A stretch of DNA of 64,000 bases, from positions 8,866,001 through 8,930,000 of the forward strand of contig OZ281497.1 in NCBI GenBank assembly GCA_965637545.1, in the 5' to 3' direction. The translations under genes were made by a program, and so were the position numbers. The first letter of the stretch is position 1; the number at the start of each line of letters is the position of its first letter. Below the pieces are notes generated by a model, which was not told the origin of the DNA, did no database searches, and saw nothing but the letters and a program-made list of their open reading frames with translations. The DNA comes from Phallusia mammillata. Taxonomy: Eukaryota. Shown here one piece after another: positions 1-13,100 of the stretch.

Positions 1-673
1 CGTGACTCAAACTAGGTTCCTGTTCATCCTCTATTTCTTGATTTCTGGTTCGTTGTTCATCAATCATTCCTTGAATTAAATTAGATTGGGATCCAGAATA
101 GTTCAATCCTTGATCGGTCATTCCTTGATCTGAATTTGAAGGACCTGCATGATTATCATCATCCATTGCATAGGTTAAACTAGATTGTTGTAAAGCATCA
201 TCATCTCTTTCTTGGCTTAAGTTTGTTTGGGAAGCATTATTGTCCATTTCACTTTCGGTTGAAGTAGACGCTGACGTTTTATCCACGTTTACATCTTTTG
301 TCGATTTGGAGCTTACGGCATGATGTCGTCTTTTCGTAAACCTTGGTAAAATAGCACGTAAACTTCGCTCCACTGTAGCGTGCTTGGTAGCGCGCCACTT
401 TTTGCTCACAAACGAGGAAAAAACATTTCGTTGAGATTGCCTTGTTTGGGATTCAATGTTGCTCGATGCCGTCAAACTTGTTGAGGGGCCAACTTCTCTG
501 TGTTTTACGGGTAAGCTGACTTTAGGTGATACACGGTTGACTTTAGTTCTACTTGATTGAGAATTAACATTTTCTATTCGTTGATCTAGACCTGGTTGAC
601 GTTCAGCACTACTCAAGTTTGTGGACACTACGGGGTCATCATTGACTTGTAAAGCTGGGCGTTGTGGCAACAT
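1..673 (-). CDS. Unidentified coding exon, open off the left window edge (>=224 aa, Ser/Asp/Gln-rich; MLPQRPALQVNDDPVVSTNL...EDEQEPSLSH)
   Basis: ATG at 673-671 followed by 224 stop-free codons to position 1 in AT-rich DNA. Absent from the ORF track because no stop lies in the window. No recognisable domain. Confidence 0.55.
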   Translation of the reverse strand, partial: MLPQRPALQVNDDPVVSTNLSSAERQPGLDQRIENVNSQSSRTKVNRVSPKVSLPVKHREVGPSTSLTASSNIESQTRQSQRNVFSSFVSKKWRATKHATVERSLRAILPRFTKRRHHAVSSKSTKDVNVDKTSASTSTESEMDNNASQTNLSQERDDDALQQSSLTYAMDDDNHAGPSNSDQGMTDQGLNYSGSQSNLIQGMIDEQRTRNQEIEDEQEPSLSH

Positions 674-1639
674 TTTTGCACTCTCTAATTGTTAGACGTA
701 CTTTGCCTCAACAGTAGAACTTGATACCTTGTACTTATCGAAACTGTAAGGTTAAAAGTTCATTTGACATTTGTATAAAATATTTTGAATCTCAATTTAC
801 TGGTTAACTTTGACAGCGCAGTATGACACAAAGTGCATCCAAACTAAACGTAAGTTATTTCAGTCAGTGTCACTCATGGAGTATCAGACTCATATATGGA
901 TAGATGCGTTTTCAGTTCCTTTAGAAATATAGCAAAATTTTATGACCACCGTTTTTTCATCGAAACCTAAAGATTTACAAACCTCATTTCCTCGTTTCAG
1001 TTTAGGTGCTATACGTGGTGCGGGTGTGACCTGTCGCCGACAACATTAGTTTCATTTTGCCGCCTTGAATAAACGTTTGCTCGTAAATTTACCTTAAAAA
1101 CGAAATTTACGACCGGAAACAACAGCTTGCCAAAAGGAAGTGCCAGATTCGCGAAACAATGTTAGTTAATGATGATATTCTGCCTAAGCATTACCTTTTT
1201 TGGATCTCGCAAAACTACATGTTTAAAAAATTTTTAAGAACCAATATAAAATCAATGTTCAAAATTTTTTACTTAATTTATATTGAACCTATATCTTGCA
1301 TGCTCTTTTGTAAGTTGTGGTTTAGGAACATCCAAGCACTAGCAAATCCAACCAGGACCCTTGGCTCCCCAGGGGGATACGAGCTGTATTCCGGGCTCAC
1401 TATACACGCACCAAAAGTGATCAGAATTTATAATGTTTAGAATTAAGTGTGTTTTGCAAACGACCATTTTTCGACCATTTTCCCCACTATTTGTCCATAT
1501 TGAGGTTTATTTTTAGCAAAAAATTGTCCAGATATATCATGGACTTTAGTGGAGTTTGCTACATTGGTAGAGGGGCCACAGGTCTTATGGGGTTACTTAT
1601 AAAGTGCCACGAGACAATAAAGTAACTTTTAGGGGGGCA

Positions 1640-1666
1640 CGGTGCATGAAAAGTTGAGAACCACTG
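1640..1666. mobile_element. Solitary hAT-type MITE terminus (AAGTTGAGAACCACTG)
   Basis: Matches the reverse complement of the CAGTGGTTCTCAAC terminus also seen at 14994 and 41499. No partner end or TSD found. Confidence 0.45.
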
Positions 1667-2090
1667 TAATAGACGGTAGCTATACCTAAGTGGTGGTTCG
1701 TAAACCTAAACTCAAAAAAGGCAACATTCTAAATGAAAGTTTGGGTAATGCTTACGTTAAACAAATCAAATCAGACGTATTTAGCAATCACATTGAACAA
1801 CTGTTGCAAAAAGAAACTGATTAACCCTTGCACTTATGCTGTGAACCCATTATTTTGCATCTGTTTTGGCACAGATATGGCGCCAAGACCTCGATGACGG
1901 CTTTCGATATTGAATTGTCGATTCAAAGGAATATTTAGTTTAGTTACGTTTCAACGGGATTCTTGAAGACGAGTCCACGAGGGTTTGGAAGGCGCGATGT
2001 GACTTAAGGTAACTCAATTAAGTTGATACCTGGTTGAGGCAATTGAGCCAACTGCCTGAGCGCCTTCAGCGATAGGTTATGAATCTAGAC

Positions 2091-2522
2091 CAGTGCTTGT
2101 CAACCTTTTTTGAAGCGGTACACCCTTTTAACGTTCACTCAAAATTGGTACACCCTAGTGAAAAAAATGTTCAACCCTGTAACACACTGATTCTGTGGTC
2201 CTAACAGAAATAATGATGGGCAAAATACCAACCAGCCATAATCCACTTTCTACTTCAAAATGAACTACCATTAACATCGATTATGAAATGAATGTTAAAC
2301 TATGACGTCACAAATAGAGTTTTGTATCTCAAAATCTACGTACACTAATTGATATGCATGTTGTGCCATATATTGTACACTCCAGTCAGTCTGTTAAACT
2401 GAAACCTGCCTATTGTGATACCTAGTCATAGGTATATTATATTTTGTATCTGGTACACCCCAGTACACCCCATCAAAGTGATACACCCTGGGGTGTACAA
2501 TACACCCGGTTGAAAAGCACTG
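2091..2522. mobile_element. Non-autonomous hAT MITE (432 bp)
   Basis: TIRs CAGTGCTTGTCAACC / GGTTGAAAAGCACTG; perfect 8-bp TSD ATCTAGAC (2083-2090, 2523-2530); repeated subterminal TACACCC motifs. Confidence 0.92.
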
Positions 2523-3063
2523 ATCTAGACGCCTCATAACGTGCTGACAGTCTTGCGGGTGACTTGCAAATGTTCTTGTTCTTGCATTTGCACGTAATTG
2601 ATAGCTGATAATGACACACAGAGCGTTTCTTTTCTTTCTCTGTATTATTGAATAAACGTTTCGAAGGCGAACGATTATATCAGCTTACACAATGGGAAAA
2701 AAATAGAAGGGCGATAAAATCGAAAACAAGCTATTTACAGTAGCGCAAAATTTTAGTTTTGCAGTGAACCTTTTACCTTTAAGTTATAGAACTCATTTTA
2801 TTGCAAATGTGCAATAGGCCTATTATAAAGTCAAAGCACCCTCTAACAGTGCTGCTACGCTTTTCGTAGGTGCGAGCGGCTGTGTTCTACTTAAACCTTG
2901 AACCGGAAACGAGCAGAACATCCTAGATTCTAGAAGAACAAGAAGGCACAAAATTTCTTCGGCATCGAACGAAACGGAAATGTTATATGTTTGTAAGCCT
3001 ATTGTGACGAGTTAAAACACATTTTCCATTGTTGTATGAAATGATCTTGCACCCAAAAATATA

Positions 3064-4486
3064 GGAGATGCGGGACCATTGGGCATGAAGGACCTTTGGG
3101 CCATCATGCGTTTCTCTGAAACTGGTCGCTGTAACGAGTTCTCAGTCATACGTTAAAGTACTTGTGTTGCAATAGTTTTAAAGCTGTAACAACAAGAAGG
3201 TCAGTCACTTACAGAAGAAACTGTGAGCATAGCTAAGTTTTCGCAGCATGAAAGTAAATATTTTGCTCCTTTACATTTTTGTAATTTCTTTATGAGAGAA
3301 AGCTAGTTAAAACACGAAGTTTGCAGGATATTAGTTAGTTAATTGTAGCGTTAGATGAGCATTAGTATTTCTTAAGTTAATCTGTGGAACGTAGTTCAGT
3401 AAGGTAAGTTCGTAATGGCGGCAATACAGGACCATTGAGCCAGTTGTTCACAGGACCATTGGGCATGGCCCTTTGACTTTACACCATTGGGCATGGCCCA
3501 AAGGTCCTTGGCCTATGAAGCTATTGATGCTGGTTGTATTTATTTCTTTTGATTAATATTAGATTTCTTTTTCAATAAAATTGTTCTACTTTCAAACACA
3601 ACACTTAATAAGCTCCCTCATGCGTGGTTTAATGGTCCAGAACAGGGCTGGGGAACCTGCGGCCTAAAGGCCGCATGCGGCCTTTTAGGGCTCTAAGTGC
3701 GGCCTTCGAAGTCAAAATACATTAGATGATGTTCATATTACTACGGCATCAGGTGCTAAAAAATAGACAGAAACGTATTTTTTCACCTTTATTTCACATT
3801 TCTACTTGATTAGTTCTGGTGTGGTACACAAAGCGATTTCCGTAGGACCACCAAGAGCCCAAGGTTCCACAATCTTACTTGTGTTGCAATAGAAAAATTG
3901 TTTGCGCGTATTGGAATGTCTTAAACTCGTCTGTGATGTCACAAGCTGCTCTTAGATCATTGATATTTGTAAACAAGCGAGTTTCCAGGTTAAATATATC
4001 CTGAATGTTTTAGTTAAAGTTGAAAATGTAGTAAGGAATTTTAATTAGATTGGACCGTAATTCCTACAGCTCTACGAGAAAATAGGAAAACGACCATTTT
4101 GTGAGTCAAAAAGTTTGAACACCACTGTCCTTGGCCTGGGAAATAGTACATGCGGCCTAAACGAGTGTCGATAAACCGTTTGGTGGCCTTTATAAACAAA
4201 AAGGTTCCCCACCCCTGGTCCAGAATATTACATAAAAATACTGGCCCAAAGGTCCTTTATGCGAGGCTCAATGGTCCCCAAGGGTAAGGACCTTTGAGCC
4301 ATATTTTTTGCAATTTTTAAAACGGAATATCTTGCCAACGCATTTCCAAATAAGAAAGTTATGCCCTTGTGTAAGTGTGTTAAAACGTGTAGTATTAGTA
4401 CAGGTGTTCAATGGCAATTTTTCTTTCGAACTCAAAGAAATAGTCATGAAAAACTGAATTTTGGCCCAATGGTCCCTAATCTCCCC
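3064..4486. mobile_element. Older TIR element (GGAGA..GGGACCATTGGGC ends) hosting a nested hAT MITE
   Basis: GGAGATGCGGGACCATTGGGC at 3064 is inverted to GCCCAATGGTCCCTAATCTCC near 4464-4484. GGACC(A/T)TTG(G/A)GC motifs recur at about 3430-3510 and 4245-4300. No clear TSD. Confidence 0.55.
3643..4217. mobile_element. Non-autonomous hAT MITE (575 bp) nested in the 3064-4486 element
   Basis: TIRs CAGGGCTGGGGAACCT / AGGTTCCCCACCCCTG; perfect 8-bp TSD GTCCAGAA (3635-3642, 4218-4225). Contains a further hAT-like end (AAGTTTGAACACCACTG, about 4111-4128). Confidence 0.92.
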
Positions 4487-5710
4487 ACTTTAAATGTAAA
4501 CATTGTGCACAATAATATGTGGCCGCTATACGCTCAATATATATATAGGCTATATAGGTAAATACATAAATTCTTGCAGATTGACGTATCGTAGCCCAAA
4601 CGTATAAAACTAAATAACTAAAAGCAAATTTGCTTAAGCTTCCACTTCGTCGCAGAAGGAAAAAAGTCAAAAATGTTTCACACTGATTTTTACAGGAAGT
4701 ACACACTCGCATAGCGGGCAACAATATTTTGCTTTAATTATTTTAACAATCGATGTTCCATATACCATTAACAAACGTAAATTGTGAAAGTCATGTCTAA
4801 GCATTTTTGCTTTTTTAGGCTTAAGCTAAAATTTGGTCAGTATGCAACGCTTAATCGCATTTTAGTAAATCGAAAGTCTGCGGTTCCCATTTGCATTTTA
4901 TTTGACAAAAACGAAGTTAGGGTACCTGTCTAACTACCTCAAACAGATTATTTAGAATGTACGCCAATGTACATTTTAACTGCTTGTCCTAAAGCAAATT
5001 GTTGGTCATATATCAGCGGTCAAGCGTGACCTTGATAAAGTTTGCCTTCATACAAGAAACATATTGAGTTATGATATAATGAAGACAAAACTTATGCTAC
5101 AAAACCTTTTGTGACTGTTTCAAATACAAATCCAGTTACATTTTTAATGGCTAAAGTTCGTGTAACTTTTAACTAAACCATTCGGTGTTTGATGTCTATG
5201 TGGTGATTTAGCTGATCCGGATTCCCTAAAACTTTTGTCTGTGTGTAAAGAAGTGTGACTATAAAGTCTGTAAACTGTGTAACTGTAAACATGTTGCAGC
5301 GGATTACTAAATGTGTAATTTTGCATTAGCTCAATGAAAATAACAGCGAAGCAAGTGTTTATACGTTTGCTACACAAGCGGTTTAGCATAAAATTAAAGT
5401 TGCTTAATTTTAATTTCATCGGTTTTTTTAAATTTTAGCCTGTCAACCCTTGGAATGTTGCCTCTCTATAGAGAGAAACTATAGTTTCCCATTTTATGTG
5501 CTCGTTTTTTATCTTTGTGCCTCTTCTAAAGCAATTCCAAATAGAAAATTCATTTGCACCTCTAGGTGTAATCAATCAAGATATTTGATGGCAAAAGTGT
5601 TGTTGTTGCCTTGCAGTAAATATTTGTGAATAACCCCTACTCTCATTTCATTATGACTCTACCCAGATTTTTACATTTGTAGTTGGCAAAACTAGGTTTT
5701 CAACCTTTGA

Positions 5711-6336
5711 ATGGCTGCACGAGTGGCAAATCAGTTGTCTGTCTTTCGTGGAATTTTAAGAGAACTTGGACATGGAAAGTTAATAGGATCCCCTTCATAC
5801 AAATATATGCTTGACAAGTATAAAAGCAACCAAGTAATGAAACTCATTTTCACGATATTATATTTGTTTATCCTAGTTGAAAACTTACTATTTTGACTGT
5901 AGAAGATTGGTTTGTCTTACCTTCTGTGTATTATTTTTATGACTTTTTTACTAAATATGTTTTTTGTCCAAAGAGAACATTGTTATTTTATGATATCATT
6001 AACCTATGTACGTATGATTGTACACTAGACCCCATTGTAACTATTAATTATGTCACTAATTATAAGTAACTAAACTTTGGGTTATTGTACATTACCTTAC
6101 AGGTTACCGCTGGACGGTTTTGTCGGGAGCAATTCGCTGCAAGCCATGATGCCTCAACTTATTATTGCCTTTTGCGAAGCAGTCGTGAATTTGATGAACT
6201 TATTACAAAATACCATGGTGATGGGGAAGACTCATTGAAGAAAGCAGCAGCTCGAGTTGGTTTGAGTTTGCCAGAAACATATGAAGAAAAAGAACTTGAA
6301 AGCAAAGCAATTGATCCAAATAAAACAGATTTATGA
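5711..6336 (+). CDS. FMC1: Formation of mitochondrial complex V assembly factor 1 (C7orf55), 118 aa, 2 exons
   Basis: Exons 5711-5833 and 6103-6336, GT-AG, phase 0. Motifs FRGILREL, TYYCLLRS and YHGDGEDSLKKAAARVGLSLP align with recalled human FMC1 (FRGLLREL, TYLCLLRS, FHGKGERSVEESAGLVGLKLP). Confidence 0.9.
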
Positions 6337-7016
6337 CACATTTTTAACACATCAACACAACAATGTTTTTACTTTTTGCATATTAAAGGCATTGACCATC
6401 AAAATGGCCCATTGACCATGGGTAGTGATATCGCATTGTGTTACAGTTTTAAGTGAACAGAATTATACTTAATATCCAAGACAAACTGATAAATGCAGAT
6501 ACTGCATCAACCCAAAATATAAAAATTATTGTTTTGCCGACTTAAACATGCAAGTGCTGAGGTTTAGGGGTATTCAGGTCAGAGAATGGTCAGTAAGATA
6601 CAGAGCACCAACCCTCGATCATGGCAGTTTAAGTTTATCTGCATCAGCTAAGTTGAAAGTATAACTAGTCAGTGAATTTATTTTGCACAAAAAAAAGATT
6701 GTTGTCGAGTGTTAAAAAGTTTCATTGGTGTTGCTGTTTAAACAGACAATTGACAAACTATACATACAAATTAAAATACAACAAACTATTGTATTTGTGT
6801 GGAAAGTAGTATGAACTAAACAATAGTAATGTTGAGTTACAAAACTATGCAGCTATGTCAAAATTTCCAGTGACATAAATAAAAGGTTTCAGTGCAACCT
6901 TGTAAACTTCAGTTTTACCCAAAAGGTTAATAACACAGACACATATTGTCCATTTCATTAATGTAGGTACCTAACTAATAACAAAATATATAAAAAAACA
7001 GTGGATACAAACATAA

Positions 7017-7511
7017 CTATTGTTTTTTCTTCTTGCTTTTCTTTTGTTTTTGCTTCTGAGATTTTTTCTTTTTCCGTTTTTTATTTTCTGTTGATGAATC
7101 TGAGTCTGTAAATGCTTTGCCGGATATCACATCATCTGGATAAAGCTCCATGAAACCAGAGTGACCCCAGCGGTCTGTGTTAGTGGTACTTGTTTTGTGG
7201 ACAGTTGTTGATACTTGTGGAGCTTCACTGCTGCTACTTGATTCTGAATAACTGTCACTTGACGGTGAGCGCCGTCGTTTAGATGATTTTGTTTTCTTTT
7301 TCTTGTCATGTTTGCTTGATTTTCTTCTGCTCTCTTTGTGTTTTTTCCACATTTGTTGTTCTTCTTTCATTCGATTTTCAAGTTCAGCACTCATCACAAT
7401 TTTACTGGCAGCATATTTGTTTATTTTGTTTCGTCCCCATGATTCCATAATTTGTGGACCTATTTTGCAATGGTCCACTTTTTGGTCATCTGTATAAACC
7501 AACATTTCCAT
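7017..7511 (-). CDS. NKAPD1: NKAP domain-containing 1-like (C11orf57-like), Lys/Ser-rich nuclear protein, single coding exon (start 7511 or 7448)
   Basis: NRMKEEQQMWK and DRWGHSGFMELYP match recalled NKAPD1 motifs (NKIQEESDMWK, DRWGHSGYKELYP). Poly-Lys tracts present. Confidence 0.75.
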   Translation of the reverse strand: MEMLVYTDDQKVDHCKIGPQIMESWGRNKINKYAASKIVMSAELENRMKEEQQMWKKHKESRRKSSKHDKKKKTKSSKRRRSPSSDSYSESSSSSEAPQVSTTVHKTSTTNTDRWGHSGFMELYPDDVISGKAFTDSDSSTENKKRKKKKSQKQKQKKSKKKKQ

Positions 7512-7680
7512 TTGATAAGATTTTAGGTAGGAGGATTTCTGGCAATTAAGTTATGAAGCTGTTTAAAAAAAGGTGCAATTACACACAATAATTAGGAAAA
7601 AAAACTTTTATTAGAATAGCTTTGTTTACAGTCAAAAATCAACAAGGAAACCATTATCCACAATTCCACACTATTACAAA

Positions 7681-7937
7681 CCAGTCTGCAGAGTGTGGCA
7701 GCTGCACGCGCGATTTTGTTTTTGAAAAAAATTTTTGCACGCCAAGTTTTGGGGTTTGCACGCGAAAATTTTGCACCAAAGGCATTTAATTGGGCTGTCT
7801 TGACCTCTTTTACTTGCTTTGCGCCTGCTGAAATTGGTCTTGCACGCGAACTTACGGGTCGTGCACGCGCGCACGCGGGACATGTAGGTCCTGCACGCAC
7901 GAGATCTCGTCGGGAACTGCCATGTTCTGCAGACTGG
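7681..7937. mobile_element. MITE with CCAGTCTGCAG termini (257 bp), rich in GCACGCG motifs
   Basis: TIRs CCAGTCTGCAGAGTGTGGCAG / CTGCCATGTTCTGCAGACTGG; perfect 8-bp TSD ATTACAAA (7673-7680, 7938-7945). Second copy at 36646. Confidence 0.9.
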
Positions 7938-9064
7938 ATTACAAAGAAAACATTTACCTGGAGTATACACTACACACACAGTAGTTTTCTTGCAGTGATT
8001 GGTCTTTACTCAGGGTACAGCTGTCTAAAACAAATGTAGAAGAATCATCACTTGATGTATTTTGGTTGCTTTAAAAGGCCCGCTCTCCTGTTGTAACTTT
8101 TAATGAAAAATAAAAGTTTCTTTATTATACAAAACGTTATTGTGGAGTCTGGGAAATCCCCGGGTGGTTTTCCACACAAAGATAAAAAGCAGATTTTGTT
8201 AAAAGGGAAACGGTTGGGTTTATTTCTTTGGATGAAATAAATTGTAGTAGTATGGTTTTTTCTCAGATAGCCACGAGGTCAAAATTGGTTGTAAGACGTT
8301 AAGACTTAGCAAAAATCCTGGGCATTAGCGGATTTTAAACATGTATCGGACCTTGGACTTTTCATGCAAAACATATCGGACTTTGGACTTTTTAATTCAA
8401 AACATTTTAATTCGTGTAATTGTCGTGTCATATCATCACGGTCAACCCCGTTCATAACTCGCCTTTTTCTACACAAAAGCTTGACCGGCTGTTAAAACTG
8501 TTGAAACCTGTTTTACTTATTACTGAACCGGTCAATTACTGCTTAAGGCTATCGTTTTATCATCCCCTTACGTGTTAACAGTAACCCACGCATTACTCGG
8601 CCTCCAGCCATGTTATATATGACACTTCTGTAAAGCGATTTAAAGAATAATTACGGTTTAGAACACAGTTAATCTTTTCGGGCGAACGTTTTACAGCTAA
8701 ACCCGTATAACGAGATTTGACCTGAACACTATAAAGATCGACACATTTTAGACTTAAAATCAGTTTATCTAAAGTTACCTAGAGTTACCATAACAGCGCA
8801 AGAGTGACCAGAGTAAGCATTGGAATTGATATCTCACAGTTGATTCGTGGCGCGGTGACTTTTGTGTTGCGTGTTTAGCCGCAAGAGGCGCTCTCGTGGT
8901 ATGCCTTATTGAAATATAATGTGGGAACGTTAGGCTAGTTTTGCGTCTTGTTGTTCGTTTCGACAGTGATAGTTTGTTTGTTTATTAGAGTCAGATATAC
9001 GGCAGTGTGTTTTTATTGTCTACCCACTGGGTCAGTACAAACATAAATTACTTATATCTTTGAC

Positions 9065-9244
9065 CAGTGGTGGGATTCAGCCGGTTCGCAACGGTTCTGT
9101 AGAATCGTCTCACAAAATTTTATGAGATCAGCGAACCGGTTAGCGTTACTGGCTGCTGTCAATAGACTTTTTGCAACAGATCCGGCTGAAAAATATGACT
9201 TTTGTGATAGAACCGGCGGACAAAAAATTAGAATTCTATCACTG
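9065..9244. mobile_element. hAT MITE (180 bp)
   Basis: TIRs CAGTGGTGGGATTC / GAATTCTATCACTG; perfect 8-bp TSD TCTTTGAC (9057-9064, 9245-9252); internal GAACCGG/CCGGTTC motifs. Confidence 0.88.
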
Positions 9245-10158
9245 TCTTTGACCTTCACAACGAACAACGGCACTGTGATAGATATGTTGGCAGAACACCA
9301 GGTAGGTTAAGGCAACTATTTTAGAGGCACTTAACCCTGGGTTCGCAGATCTTAACAAACACATTTCGAGTAACTTCACGCAGCTCCTGGGCTTCTTCAC
9401 CTTTTTGGTAGCGCATATGTTAAACTTCTTGTTTGTTTTTAAGTTTTGAGTTTTCTCTTGTCCTTGGCGCACAACTAAGATCACTCCAACTTTTATACTG
9501 TAGCAAAAGCACTGAAACGTTATGCCAAAAATACAATCGTTTGTTGCAACGCAGCGCTTGTGTAACATTAAATTCCGTCACGGTAATAAACATAAACATC
9601 TTATATCGTCAACAAGACACAAAACACAGTAAACAAAAATTAAGTTATTTGCACCACGAGCATTGCAAAATAGTCCCAAATTTGTACGCGAAAAAAAATC
9701 AAAAAAGATCGAATGCCAAAGCAGGAAATAAAGGTAAAAATGGCGATACTGTTGCTGACTCTTATTAAAATAATAAAATGGATAAAAACAAAATAATCCA
9801 GTTCTAAAATTATGTGACAGTTCCTAAAACTCAGCTGCATCGCCACATTTCATGTATTTATTGTTCAGCTGTTCAAAACCTCAATACTGTCACTTAATGG
9901 TATAAAAACACGTTTTCTGCTGACGTTACAATGTAGTATACTGGGGCTAACACAGCAACATAAAAAAACTTTTGGACGGATTTATAACACAGACCAATAC
10001 GATTTTGTACATGTTGAACGGAGAGTGCAAAATTTAAGGCCAAAGTCAACAGGACAACTTTGTTTAAAATCAGAATTACAAAACTGTGCATGTTTTTTTT
10101 TAAATTACACAGACGTGAATTGCTACGACTTCTTAAGTTCGAAAGTAGCTAAGCGGCG

Positions 10159-13100
10159 CTATATGAACTCAAATTCGTCCTCTAACGATTTTTCCCCGCT
10201 CGAGTTGGCTTTCGGCGAAGGGCGATAGAGTTTATTAATCATTGCCCGTGAAGTGCTTACAAAATTTAACTTTTTGTCTGGTTTGGTTTGAGGTGCGTTG
10301 CATGAAGCAGTCGCCACCTCCTCCACAGTTGACACCGGTTCTGTCGAAACGGATGGGTTGTCAAAGTCAAATTCGCTCTCCAGAGACAACTCTGTAAAAC
10401 TTGTGTTTCGGCCTTTGGAAAGCACTGTACAAGCCCGGGCCTCTGACAGTCTCCTCATTTTATGTTCTTGCGCACTTCCGTTCTCAATGAGGCAAAGAGG
10501 ATAGCTGTTCCGCTGTTTGGGTGGCGCAAGGAGTTTGTTAGCTTCACTGACAAATTGCTGGAAGTCTTCTTGATCACGACAGTAGAAACAAAGGCAGCAG
10601 CTAGGGTCCAGCTTGTTCACATGCGTCTGTAAAGTGCAAATTACAAGCTTCTGTTTCAAAGAACATTCTATGTAAATGTGACACTGATGTAATGACATCA
10701 TGATTTTAATATGACAAAAATTATCATAAAAAAGATGTGTGTTATTAATCACAAATATTTGTTTGAAAAAGTTTTTGGGTTCTGAAAGGTATCATAAACC
10801 TGGAATATTGTCTTAAAATTTGGGTAAATAAATGAAAAGAAATGTGCATTGGAGGTTTGCACAGCAGAATTGCTTGACTATTTGCTTGGTACATGAGGTT
10901 TCTTGATTTGCCTTGTGATTCAACTTAGTTGTATTGTACATCACTGTATTAAGTCAAACACTAAAAAGGGTATGTTAATTTAACAAAGCAGCAATAATTG
11001 TATAAACTTGTCACCGGGTCATACTGTACAGAAATGCTTTTGCTCTTCCCAAATAAATCATCTAATAATACCAGTGATTCAGTACTAAGTAAACCCTAAG
11101 CCAAGTGTAATTGTTCCACCTAACTTTAATTTAAAAACATTGTTCTGTTTGCTTACCTAAACAGTAACATCACAAGAACCAGTAATAGTCTATTGAAATG
11201 CCTAACAAACAAACATAGATCAGGTTCTTAAAAGTTCTCAAGTATGGTAAATTTATCAGCAAGTGGAAGGATTTGACAAAGGGGGAACAAAGCTAACAAC
11301 ATGTAGAAAAGCTATTTTGGGAATTGGTTAGTGAAATTAGTGTTTTGGGGGACATTGGGTAATTTAAGAAGGGAAGGGAAAATAGAAAAAGGTATAAGCC
11401 TCTGACATATACCCCTACCTTTCTTGGCTGCATACTGTGATAGTTTCCTAACTGCTTGTTGCTGAAAGTTGCAGCAGAGTCAGCTGGTTGGCAGTAATGT
11501 GGGTCCAAATAGAACAAATAGTCATCTAAAAATATCAATGAACCAAATTACCTTGCTGCATTTTTGTATGCATTTTTTTGATTTTATTTTACAAGCCAAA
11601 ACTTCAATCAAACCCCCCCAAAGATGAATGGTATTTAGTATTTAAAGCTTGTAGCTATTTTTAATGAGAGTATATTTTGTTCGACTATGTTACAGTCACT
11701 CATCAAAAAAATTAACAATTGCATGAAAAAATAGTTACCAAATGCAAAATGTGAACTATTAAATTTGGAATACTTAACAACAGACAGTCTTCAGACCATG
11801 TAAAGTTAATCAACAATCCCATTTACTCGGTGACAAAACAAATATATATGTTATACACAGTACACTTGTATTATTTGCCTCACCTTGAAAGCCAACAAAA
11901 TACAAGGAGTGCTTTGGCTTTCCCCCAATAATTCCCATGCACTGATCCAAAGCCAGCATGCCTTTCAAACATGGGCTGTAGATTGGATTTAAACAAGCTT
12001 CACCTAATCTAACAGGGATTAAAATGATCACTGATCGTTTCGGAGGATCATCAGCAGTTATATCAATGTCCACTGGTAGAGATGAAGAATGACCATTGGC
12101 AGTATTGTTTGTTGTAGGTACAGTACCATATTTGTGGTCCTTGTCCCAGTGACAGACTTCAACCACATCTTTACAGTACACTAAAAATAGTGACTTTAAT
12201 TTAGACCTTACTGATCAATGATAATATGACATATATATATATATATATATGTTTAAATTGCTATACAAACTTTACACAGGTTGGTCTTACATTGACAATG
12301 GCTATGTTTTTATAAACTGGCCTATAAAACAGCTTGAAGATGACATAGCATATGATCCCAACATTACAAAACTTCGATTGTAACACAGAATGTAAAAAAT
12401 CAGCTTCGCTTTGCACCTGTGCAGTCTTGAGCAACATATACAACAAGTTCATCTAGCAAGGGATTTAGACCTTTGGCACACTCAGTAGCATCCTGCATTA
12501 TGTAGGCTACTGTTCCAGGCCCATACCAATCCCCAGGAGAAAAACGATAACCTAAACCTAACACAAGAGAAATGCGTTGATTTAAATAAAGAGATAATTT
12601 GTTTCAATTTTTAAGTAAATCTGATATGCAAACAAAAGTTAATCTATTTTTTACAAAATTGTAATATAAAGGCATAAGGGTATCATATGAACATTGCATA
12701 CCACTTAAACAATTAAAAAAACAATGGTTAAACAAAATTATATTTTTATGAACCAATTTCTGTCAGTCTATGGATGCTGAAGGGGCATTTGGAGCTTGGA
12801 TCATCAATAAACCACTTTATAATTGTCCTGTGGATTTCACATTCTTTCAACACCCTTTCTTCTGTTTTTCTTTCCTTTGAGAACCATCTCCAATCACGCC
12901 CTACAAAATGTACCCTTGTATACCTTAATATTGTAAATCTTTGAACTGGTAAATTTTTGTAAAGGTTTCCTGTGGTGCATTTTAGTCTCTCAATACAACA
13001 GTTATCATGCCTTACCTAAAAAATGGGTGATAAAACACTGGGCCATCATCATTTGTGCAGTTCTCAACATACAACCCCATCCAGTGTCAGAAGTTAGACC

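Noticed and set aside
6336-7017. Overlapping 3' UTRs of convergent FMC1 and NKAPD1
   Set aside because: FMC1 has an earlier ATTAAA (about 6383), so overlap is not required by the sequence.
7592-8039. Overlapping ORFs at 7592-8039 and their twins at 36518-36903
   Set aside because: They derive from two copies of the CCAGTCTGCAG MITE; ORFs occur on both strands and show no protein signature.
9250-9770. Small plus-strand gene suggested by donor-like CCAG|GTAGGT and AAAG|GTAAAA
   Set aside because: No consistent exon chain or recognisable protein could be assembled.
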